Shown: piece by piece, positions 1 to 11,900 of the stretch
How the letters are laid out: the number at the start of each line of letters is the position of its first letter
How positions within the stretch are numbered: position 1 is the first letter of the stretch
DNA from: Callorhinchus milii
Lineage: Eukaryota
Length of the DNA: 64,000 bases
Assembly: GCF_018977255.1 (NCBI RefSeq)
Contig: NW_024704750.1
Coordinates: 7,688,001 to 7,752,000, forward strand
Direction of reading: 5' to 3'
Position numbers and translations under genes: made by a program
Notes under the pieces: generated by a model
Told to the model about the DNA's origin: nothing
Databases searched by the model: none
Seen by the model: only the letters and a program-made list of their open reading frames with translations

Positions 1-60
1 GCTTGCGAAGCGAGTGCTCTAACCACTTAGCTGCAGGACTCCAATAGCTGCAGGACTCCA
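1..60 (-). mobile_element. 5' tRNA-like head of a SINE (continues beyond the window start)
   Basis: Reverse complement reads GGAGTCCTGCAGCTAAGTGGTTAGAGCACTCGC, matching the heads of the copies at 923, 14789 and 58749. Confidence 0.75.
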
Positions 61-922
61 GAAAACAATAATTAAAACCTCTAATTTATTTTATTTCCTT
101 TGATAGGTGGTGGGGAACTGTTTGGGCTGGAGATTTGTCTGATCAGATCCTTACACATTATTATCCAATATGATACAAATTTATATTTATGCAGCGCCTT
201 CCAGTTTGGGAGGACATCCCAAGGCTAATTATTCTAACATTATTCTCCAAATCCTCTCTTACCACGAGATTTATAACTAGATCTGGCTCATTACTCAACC
301 ATAACTAAGTCATTAAATATGGCCTGCTCCCTAAGGTATTAAGGCAGCTTGTTTCAGAAAACCGTTCCACGAGCATTCAAGAAATGCGCTGAATTTCTAT
401 TTGTATTGCTATTCCTTTCCCTATCTATATGCCAGTTGAAATCTACCATTTAACCACATTTGTTTTCTTACAAGTTCCCACAACTGTCTGTATGGATAAA
501 TATAGGGATATTGCACAAGGCAAACAAGACTCCTTCTTGCGGTTGAAATAGATGATGCAACACAGCTTACAGCTTTGTATTTCCCATGTTAAGTAACATA
601 ATAAGTCTTCTCTGTTCCATGCTGCTAAACCAGTAATGGCACATTCGTTTTAACTTCGATCATTAACTTGCCATACTACAATATGAAAGTCAGTTTATTT
701 AAATTGGACATTTAATCTGCCAGATATTTGTCATTTACATTAATCCGACATGACAAAGTATGACAGCATAACAGGATGTAATCTATGGCACAGTATTTGT
801 AAACTGAGTTGGTTACATTAATCGAAATTTCCAATTTGCAAAATAAAATGGGAGGGAACCGATATTTGTGCCAGTCATCTGGATCATTATTTGAAGAAAG
901 TTTCACAGAAGCTAATACTCGT

Positions 923-1238
923 GGAGTCCTGTAGCTCAGTGGTTAAGAGTACTTGCCTGGCAACCGAGATACCTGGTTTGAATCCCAGCAGGATGAAACC
1001 TTGGGCAAGTTTCCTTATTCCACACGCCTGATAATAATCCCTCAAGAAAACAAAAACAATAAAATTGGTCACTTCAATCCACGACTGTTTGTGGGGCACT
1101 GCTGTGCATAATTGGCTGCCACATTTCGCCCACAAATACAGTCAATTCACTTTACAGTATATTCTGTGAAGCGCTTTGACATGTTTAGAAGACGTGATAA
1201 GGCACTATATCAAATGCAAGGCTTATTATGATTATTAT
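923..1238 (+). mobile_element. tRNA-derived SINE, full length, diverged
   Basis: GGAGTCCTGTAGCTCAGTGG A-box head, a body shared with the other copies, and an L2-like 3' tail ending in (ATT)n. Confidence 0.85.
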
Positions 1239-2998
1239 GGTCTTCGACGCACTGCAAACATATGCAAAGGAAGCACAGTAAAGTTCCCTCAGTGGCTCAG
1301 TTTGTAAAACTGGGCCATAGACATATGCAAGATTCAGGCTTCAAACCCTGATTGCTGCTTAGATATCCCATCCAATCTCCATCACCTTCAAAATCCACCT
1401 TAAGACTTTGAAGAATAGGCATCTCCTAATGCATTGCAACAAGTTGTACTTACATAGCACCGTCCACAAAGGGTAGTGTTCAGAACACTTAAATAGTGGC
1501 GGAGCCTGACTCCGAGCTAGGGAGAGTGTGGGGAAGTGACCATAACCAGTCAAAACGGAAGGTTTTCAGGCAGAACTTGAAAAAGGGGAGAGAGGAGGTA
1601 AGGTGGAGGGAGAGTGTTGCAGAGTTTCGGGGGTAGTTGCTGAATGTGCGACCTCAAATGGTGGAGGATGCAAGGGACAAGCAGGACACTGGTGCCAGTT
1701 GAACGGAGACGCTGGATTAGATAACAATAATCAAATCAAATCCCCAAAAAGTGGGATTAACTTAATTAACTTTTTTAATTCAGTTTTCTTCCTTATTTTT
1801 GGTAGTATGTGTAGCATTTCTAGCACCAAGTTATCAGTGGTTTTGGAGTAAGCCACCCACCATAATAAGGCTTTTGCAGAAATACTACCATGTGATAAGC
1901 CAATTGAAAAAAAAGTGAAACTTTAAGATAGTTAATTTTTTAATGTTAATAATTCCGTTGAATTATGAGTCATTAATCACAAAGGACTATGGTTTATTAA
2001 AAAATGAATGTATATTAACACAAAGTTCTGTAAACATTTTAAAATAGCTTAAATTGATAATTTAGGTCAATATATAAACTTCTTCCCTCAGGAGTGAACT
2101 ACTGACTTGTTGCAGATTTAAAATTAATTTTAGTTTCAGAAGACAATTAAAAATAATAAGCAATCATTAAAAATTAAGTAGTGTTATAAAATGATCTGAA
2201 TCCAGTTTTCTGTTGAAATTCTTCTGGCAGAAAACACAGCAGGTTAAATTAGGTGTAAAAAAACAAACCAGTTGGTTAAAAGACTTACACTCTGTATGTA
2301 TAGTGATAACTAGCAGTGACATAGAACGGTCTTCTTCATCCAAACTAATCTTGTGTTACCATTGGTGGTATCACACCAAACAGACCCTGCTGTATGTTCG
2401 GTGATCGTATCACTTGTTACAATGTCAGAAGAACCAACTGAAGCGAGACAGATCTTTTTAAAAAGTATCTGCATAAGAGAACTATCGTTTTTGGTGTAAA
2501 TGCCAGCCATGTCTCAAAAGTATTATTTTTAGATATGCCGCCTCAATTCATATGAGACTTCATAACCCAATCACATCTATGCTTCTTTACAATTGTTAGG
2601 CTTGATCCAAAATACATATCTGTTGGTTGTGTAAACGCCATTATCTGGAGTTAACCAATTCTGTCTTTTTATTAATCTTACAAGCCTGTGTTCATTTCTA
2701 ATTTGGAATTCTAAAACCCTGATCCCAAACCAATTTTGCATAGATATGCTGTACTGCAAGAGTAACTTAATACATCTAGAAATGTCCAATATTTGCAACA
2801 AAAACTAGCAGTCTGCTTTGGGTTGTATTATACAGAAAAAGTTATGTTCAGTCTTTGTCGTGCAACTATTTTCCATCTTTTATAATAGAAGGTTATAGAA
2901 TGTCCATTGCAAGTCAAGTTATACTGTACTGGAGTTCAGTAAAATCAGTACAACAGGGGATCATTACGAACTGCCCACATGCTAAATTTTGCTTTTAG

Positions 2999-5900
2999 TC
3001 ATAGTTCAGAATGAGGTTGATGCTGCTCCTTCTTCCCCTCATGAGGTACACTGCAAGCTCTTTCATGCACATTTGGTCTCTCAGATTCTTTTGGTGGCTT
3101 TCCATGGTCTTCTTCCATATTATTCTCGCTTTGTTCATTCTCACCCTCCTTGTCCTCCTCATATCGTTCTTTCATTTTTGAAAAATTGGGCGTTCTCTGC
3201 TGTGCAAATCCAGGACGTACAATATCCATAATGGCTAAAAAGTCATAAGTAGTTTGCGGGGGCCTCCATTCTTTATCATGCAGAAAACCTGTGATAATTA
3301 AAAAAAAAGAAAATCTCCATTAATGCTTAGTGTGTGTATTAAAGTTAGAAAGATAGGCTGGTTTCTGCCAGCTATATTTTCAAGATTATGTTCTTATGTT
3401 TGTAAATTCTGATTTTCCTTCTGAGTGTATTTATAAGGAACCAATTAATTTTGGTAGATGTCAGCTGCAATTTTAAGGAACTTGGGGCTTTGGCCATTGT
3501 GCTAAAACTATTGGGTTAAATATACATCTGTGGATAATAATGATCCTTGTATTTGTTTGATGCTTCTCGCTGTAGCCTAAGAGTGAGCAGTTAGTGCAGA
3601 AGATCTTCTACAACTTAATGAAGCTCTGTCCAGTGGCCCCATGAAAGGAAATTTTAACACATTCCACTGTTTTGTGATGTCAATAGACCGCTATTACACT
3701 ACACGTACTTTAAAGGTTCCATTGTAAAGGTAGTAAGAATAATCAAAATTATAATGGAGTTTCTCCTGGCGTCTTCGCCAACAATCCCTCGGATAAAATG
3801 GGTCATTCACTTCTGGTTTGTTTGTGGGACACACAGCTGTTCATAAATGGCCAGCTGCATTTGCCTGCAATTTACACTTCAGACTTTTACTCTGAAGTGC
3901 TTTGAGTTGACTTTCTGACGTGAAAGGTCATCTGATTTGAATTAGTCAAACTATTCCACTATTTCAACACACTATAATAGAAAGGAACTATACTAAAACC
4001 ACAACAATTTGAATTTATATTGTTTCTTTACATGGGGTAGTGTCTCAGAGCTATTACTAAATGCAATGTTTTTCCCTCAAACAATGAGGTCAGGAAAAGG
4101 ACAACCCTTCTGCTGTTCAGTTTCTATGCTAATGTATGGTGATTCTGTTATAAATGGACATTTACATCTGCTTAATTTGATTTCATACACACAATTCACT
4201 GTAACGCTGAATAAATAACTATGTGCAGAGAATCTTTTACCTATTAGTGATTAAGGAGCTTAGATTAAACAGGGATAACTTTGTATTTTAATATCAAGGT
4301 TAGTTCAAAATCTAAGAACAACTCATGTACCTTGTTTAATCAATTACAACTTTAGTGCTCCTTTGGTGTACAAAAATTTCCTCCAAAGATTTTTTTTACT
4401 GCTTCAAGTGGTTTCATTGCTGGATGTTCAGAGTATGAGGTTTACTGCCAGTACAATAATACAGTGGAGCCTCATTATAAGCAATGGTTTGGATCCATAT
4501 AACACTGCACAATTAATGCTTGCCACAATAGATAACCGTGTTTATCTATTGCGGCAAGCATTAACAGATAAACACTGTTATCTATTGCAAAAAATATTCT
4601 TTACTTACTGCTGGGATCTTCTTGTCCTGCCTGCACCTTATTTAACCAGCGCAATACATCCTTTCTTGAGATAAGCTGCTCTTCTGGAAATGCAAACACA
4701 TGTCCTCCAGAATGGATGTACACTAAGACAAGAACTGGTAATTGAGGAAGATGGTTCAAATATACTTGAAGAATTTCACCTCCAACATGTGTGTTTCGTC
4801 TTAATGGGAGAGGAAAACAAGGGAAGGTATTATGAATAAAACAACTGAACGTCAAGGTTGGGAAACATCTAGCTTTCTTTCATTCTATTAAAATGCAACT
4901 ACAACTTAGTGTATTCACTGGTGCCTCACGCATTAAAACAGATTATTGTTAAGACAAAGGCAAACAGAAAATGTAAAAGATCCATACAACAATCCAAGGA
5001 AACAATAACTTTGTAAAGCAAAATAATGATTTGGACATGCAGGTTTAAATCACAACATGGCACAAAGTTGCAAAGAAGGCTTTTCATACAGTACACCAGG
5101 TTCTAGTGTGCCTGATACGAGAGGGCAAAAGAATTGATGAGGCCACCCCGTGAAGATAATAACCTCTTTTCAGTATGCCTGATGGAAGGCTCAAATGGGT
5201 CCTGGCCAAAAGTTATTTTCAAGGAACACACGGGCTTCCATTTTTTCCAATTAGTTGGGCACAGAACACTGAATTAACAAGAATATTCATGTCTTTTAAT
5301 TGAATTATTCAGCACATTCATGCTTTTAAGTGAATGTAAATGCAAGTTTTTTGACTGTTAAAGAGAATTCGACTCACAGATCAATCCAGCATGTAGTATA
5401 AGTCTGCAAACTTTTTATTTTAATCAGCTCAGCAAGCTCTTCTTTAGCTTTTGTGGTCTTGGGGTCATCATTATCAATAAAAAGAATGAGTAAAGGTTTC
5501 TGGGTTTGTAAATAAACAGCGAGATTTTCCACTGTGACTTCAGGCTAGTATGAATAACACAAATAAATGAACGTCAGTCTTTTCACTATTACTAAAAATT
5601 ACAATTAAATTTAAAAGTTATTCAAAAGTCATTTAAAAGTGTAATAAATTGGAATAAAATGTGCAGTTTTCCATCATTAATATATGTAGGATCATAATAA
5701 CTGCTACAAATGTAAAACCTAATAAAAATGCAAACTTACTACACCTAGCTTTTCTATAGGACAATAACTGATTCATCTAATTCCAGCAGAAATAGATGGA
5801 GAACGAAGATGTTGGTACAAAATCTAAATAACAGCAATTGAACCTAGATTCGGAGGAGGGCTGGAGTATTTTAATAGAAAAAAAGCTAGGGATATGGATG

Positions 5901-8900
5901 AAGAGGAGAAATGGGAGAACATGGATTAAAAACAAAACAAAATGATTGAGTAGATGAAGAAATATGTTGAAGGACAAATTCAAATATTTCTGTAGCAATA
6001 ATTTGGAAAAAAACATTCAGGTTTAAGCAGTCTAAGCAGCCAGAGAAAATATTTATGTCATCAGCATTTAATTTAAATAGATTAGACGAATTAGATAAGT
6101 TGGATAAAAAATGTAAAAGTTTAAAATTAGCATGTGCAAACTACTTTTTGGTATCCAAAGGCATATCAATAGGCCCAGGTGCCCTGGATTATAATAATAC
6201 AACATCAATGGCACAGTTAAGTGATAAAGAGGTTAAAATGAATGGACTGATACCACAGATATTTAATAGGCGCCACAAATGTGGCATCTTTAGTAATATA
6301 CTTACAAACTTTTCCAATGTTGCATTTTTGACTGCATAGACTATTTCTTCAGTGGTAGGCTTTTCAATATGAATGCACTCTGTACTTGACGTCCAGTGCC
6401 TAGCAAATACCAGAGCTGGCAGAAGCACACCATATCTATAAGAACTGAATGGAAAATGTATCATTTGATCACAATAATTGATTGAGCTAGGTATTGGTTA
6501 AGACTACCTTTCCCCCCTGACAGTTACTATAGTTTGTTACCTTTAAAGTAGAAAGGCTTTAATGAAGCTTTGTGAAATAATAGTGTTGTATTATGAGTTG
6601 TTAAATTGAAAATGATTTTACCAATGCAGTAAATTATCACAAATTTAAATTTTACTCTGTATTGGATATGATTCAGAAAAAGCTGAATTGGCACTATTTT
6701 AAATTTTCCATAGGTGATTATAAATTCTGCAAATTATCCTGTCATAAACCTAAAACTACAAAAGTGACAAAAGAAAGAACACTTACAGATCTAGAGCATT
6801 TTTCTCCAAATACACTGCCATTACCACATTGCCTCGCAAGTAATTGGCAGCACCAATAAAAGCATCATATGCTAAACAAGATAAAACATTTATTTCACAA
6901 TATATTAGCTAAACATATGGAGGGAGCAAACACTCATTTCAAAAGTTACAAATTTTTAAAAAATCATTAATACATAAAGTTATATAAATGTTTGCAACTT
7001 GGTGTTCAGAGATTGCCTTTGTGATTTATGTGTTGTGTTGGTCCATATATGGCTACAGTAAAGATACCAGCTGGTATCTCTCTGAAGCAAATTCTGTTCA
7101 CTTTTCTGACTGGCATATCAAAACAGATCAGTAAAAGTGACTCCAATGTATTACACAAATAATCCAGTATGTCCCAGACTAAATGAAAGTAGGAGAAATA
7201 TACAATTAGTATTAGCACTAGAAATAATTCTCATGGAATTACAAACTGAAAGATGATTGTAATTTATCAATTCACTCTACCTTCTTTCATATTTGGGCTG
7301 AATAGTCCGAGAACAGATAACTCCCAATACGATCTGAGATCACTGTGGAGCTCTCCTCTCAGATAAGCTTCAACTTCATCTACTGAAGTCAACTTGATAG
7401 GATGGGGTTCTCTGCTCCTAAAACAACCATCATCAAAGCAATGTTTAATAATCAATATGCTTTACTTACAAATGTCTTTTAGATGCTATTTGCAAATACA
7501 GTCATGAAACATGTAATTAATATGAGTAGTGTGCTATGACATCTTGATTTAACATCTCAGTTGACTTCAGCACACTGAATATGTGGATTCCTCAGGATGC
7601 CTTCTTTTTTTAAACTTGTGCGATAGTATTTGGAATCGTGAAGCACTCTAGAACATTTCTTCAATACAAGAATCCTGACACTACAGTCAAATAGATTTTT
7701 ATAATAAATGAATATATCCTGTGCTACCCAAACAGCTGTAAATCTTAATCTAATCACTTACAATTAGCAAAGGGCCTCGGTGTAGCCTGATTACAGACAG
7801 CAGTATACATAGTCTGTTTAAATAACAATTATAATCATTTCATTTGATATAGAGCTTTTCATGTTGCTGAGACATCTCAAAGCACTTCACAGGATGTACT
7901 ACAAAATTCAGCAGTCAGTTTGTGCACAGCAATGACTCACAAACAGCCATTGAGTGTCTGACCAATTTTATTCAAAAGTAAATCTATTCTTGTATATGGT
8001 TAGCCATATTTGGAGGTATTAGAACAGTCTCCATTGATAATGCACGATAAAAGGTTTGTACTACTAATTCCAGATATTGAAAAGTATAATGTGTTCTGAT
8101 ATGCACTTAAACTCATAAAATGTGTGTATTATAGAATAATTGATTCCAGGAAATGATTACTAGGCACTAATCTAATCAATAATTCAAAAGAAAAATTACA
8201 GCCGTTCATAACAAGTCATCTGAAACCTATCATATAATTATAGCCTTCAAATCTTTCTCTAGAATCTGCTAGATTTGAAGGCTATAATTATATCATATCC
8301 GGCTGATCCAAATTCTGTTGTCTGCATCCTCACCCTCACCAAACTCTGCATATCCGTCACCCAATCCTTGTCAGGATCCATTCTCTCCCTGTCTCCCATT
8401 GGCTTCAACTTGAATGTTACCTCACCCTATAAACCCCTCATGCTCTAACATCTCCCCGTCTCTGTGACCTTTTCCTACCCCTCTCTTCTCATTGTCTCCA
8501 CAATCAGCCAACATGGGCCTGCTGTGCATCTCCCACCCCCTCCACACCACTATCGATAATTGAACCTTAACCTCTGGAACTCCCTCCCCTATACCTCCAT
8601 CTCTCCCTCCCTCTCTATTCATCTTTAGAAATCTACTTCTTCACCACAATTATGGTCGCTTCACCCTTTCTACCTTCCCTTTTTCTGCTGCTTGGCATCC
8701 AATCCTGTCCTTGAGAACCATCTGAGACGTTATATTACAAGAAGGGTGCCATTTAAATGAAATTTGTTGTTCTAACATATATAGCTAAATTTTTCAGGTG
8801 ATTTTTTTTTAAATTAGGCAATTTGTATTTTCCATGATGACCAATGATCTGCACTGCTTCCTGATCAACAATGAGACTGGGCCCAATTGGTGAGGACAAC

Positions 8901-11900
8901 CTGCTCTCTACCGTATTTGAGCTATAAAATGGTACAACATAAGTATTTTTTCCTGTAGTTTACTCACAGCATAATAAACTTCAGTAGGCTTTCTGTTCCT
9001 AACATTCCATTGTACAGTAAAGGGTTGTCTCCTTGACTGTACATCTTGATAGTGGGAAATTGTATAACATTCTGTTTTGAGCAAACGTCTGGCCAGTCTC
9101 CACAGTTGACCAGAGCCAAGAAAAGTTCCTCCACATCTAGAATTTCAAAATTAAAAAGATTTAATTTTCAAATCGAAACCTGGGCAATTCGCTGAACTAA
9201 GTCTGTTCTCTGCTGGGATCAAGTGCAAAATGTTTTTTTTTCTATCAACATGCAAACAGTCTTTTTTTACATTTTCAAAAGAAAGATTGTGCAGCAGGCA
9301 TTTTGGTTTCACAAATATGATGTATAGTCCAATAACAATTTTAGAAAAAAACAGAAGCGTAGTCCTTCAGTAAAACTAAGAAAATGGCCAAGGGCATGAA
9401 GTGAGAAATAACAAGAGAACATGTGCATCTCGTGCTCCAGCTGTATATGCACTTGTGCTGTAAAACCTAGCTACATGCTTTGGAGTAATCAAAAACAACA
9501 TTGTATCCAACTTTCAAACGTGTACCGAAAGTTAACAAGAAGCACAGTAATTAAGCCTTTTGAAAAATCAACACGGACTGCTTGAAATTTGTACTCATTC
9601 CCACTCTAAACTGTTTAAGGATTCCATGCAAGATATTCACAATAATCTGCCCACAAGAAGCAAATATTTAAAACAAAACTAGGGTATGGTACCTGCAAGT
9701 CTGCGAGCTGCTTCCACATAGGACCGCAAAAATGTCTGAGACACAGCATCCCCTACAATATAAATTTTTTAAAAAATTTGAGCTGTGTAACGTCTGCACT
9801 ACCATAGGTACTGGATTTAATGTGGCATATATTTGTAAGAGTAAATTAGCACAAAACGTCTATGGTAGTGAGTCACAATTATTTTATACATCTTGTAAAC
9901 CTCATAGCCAAATCAAGTTAGTGTAATATTAGCCTAACTGAACAGGTATCCTGTTTGAGAAACCTAATGTTGTTTGACCAAAGACACTACTTTGGGTTCT
10001 ATTTCACTAAAGCTCTGATGTACAAGTTGCTCTCCTGTACTTCCTGGTTTTCCTATATTTTTTGTGCATGTCAGTCAGTTAGTGTTATAATGGTAAATGT
10101 AAGAGTAGTACCCCCATATTGAATCCCATTATCGCACTTCAAACTTCAAACTCAGGGACTTGAAGCACAACAATGGGATTTCATATGCTGTATATGGGAA
10201 AACAGGACACTGTATTACACAAATACTAAAAAAGTCATAAGACTCATATGTTATCAGTAAGTTTTTCCTCCCAATTAATAGTTACAAAAGACATTTCCCC
10301 AAAAGAACAGCTTTGATGGTACAAATCATATGGAGAGTTGGTGAGAAGCAAACTTTCATATCTGTGTGTATATGCAAATATGGAAACATACAGGGACTTC
10401 ACATCATGTTTATCTCATCTTAGTTGATGAATATCAAGCAGCATGAAATGTGCAATTATTTGCATATAAAATGTACGATGATTACAAATCTAGATTGTGT
10501 GAAATGATCTGGCCCAAGCAATTCAGTTTTGCTCTTTATTGTTAGAAGTATCACAGTAGCTGGTAGCATTTGGTTAGTCAGAAATTTCCTGTCCCACTCA
10601 AGCACTTGAATAACTTCACGATAAGATCTTCAACCTTTTAAGAGCTACATTGTACATTTACTTCAAAGTAATTTTCATGCTATTTTGAAAGAATTGATCT
10701 AAAAGATTTCACAGTGAATCACACATAAACGTTAAAGTAGGACTGCTGCTTAAGCAAATTAAAACATGTGTATTTATGTGTACTTATGTGTACTTTGTAT
10801 GAGTACTTACAAGCAGTGTAAAACACCACCAAGACATTCGCAGCTCCCTTTAAAGTTGCATTGAAGCTTTGGTCTGTTAATTCATGAAGTAGCTCCAGAT
10901 TGAGTTCCCTTTTTCTGTCCCTGTAGATAGCCTCAGCCACTTGATCATCTTGAATAGCTAAATCACAGAAATATAATAGCAAGTATAACAGACATTAATT
11001 GTTGAAATCCACATCAGATCTCAGTGGTCATCTACAATTAAGTCATCTTTAAGCCCCGAAAAGCAGTCTAGGTCAAAAGCCCTGCTTACATCCACATTAT
11101 CATGCCTTTCAGCATTTTACCCAATCTGAGTCAGCACAGCTCAGCTGGTAGCACTTACACACCTGAGTTAGAAGGTTGTGGTTCAAGCTTCCATGATGGT
11201 ACTTTGAATGTACATAGTTTAATCTGATACTTTAATGCAGTGAACAGCACTGTTGGAGCTGCCAACCTTCAAATTAGTTGTTAAATTGAGATTACGTCTG
11301 CCTGTTCAGATGGATGTTAAAGATCCTATGGCACTATGCAAAACTGAAGGAAGTTTTTCCCAATGTCTCAGGCAACAATCCTCCAGATAAAAATTGATTG
11401 TTACTTCATGGCTGTTTGTGGGACATTGCTGAATGAAAATTGGCTGCTTTGTTCACTTACAAATTACAGTGAATTCCTGTGAAGTGCTTTACAATGTCGT
11501 CCCGACGTGAAAGGCATTATATCAAATGTATTTCACCATACCTGTGGTATCCATGTCTTCATTTTCCTCTTCATCTTGTTCTCCAGTTGACTCATTTTTC
11601 ATTTCACCTTTGACTAGACTAATAATTTCTTCAAAGGATGCCACAACCTGATAGCTAATAGCTGAAGCCTAACAAAACAAAAGATAAAAAACAGTCAAAC
11701 ATATAAAAAGATTATAAAAGAGGTACATTTTACATAAATTGCACCCAACTATCTATTTGACCTCTTTATGCAAACAATTATTTGGGAATTGGGCATTTTT
11801 AAAAGCAGAAACAGTACTATGCATATTGTACTGTACTGCAAGGTAGAAAGTCTTCTTGGAACTAAAATTGAGATTTACTGAAGGAAATGTTGCAGCACCA

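Noticed and set aside
2310-2510. 66-aa ATG ORF downstream of TXNDC16 on the same strand
   Set aside because: No recognisable homology or coding signal, and the length is compatible with chance.
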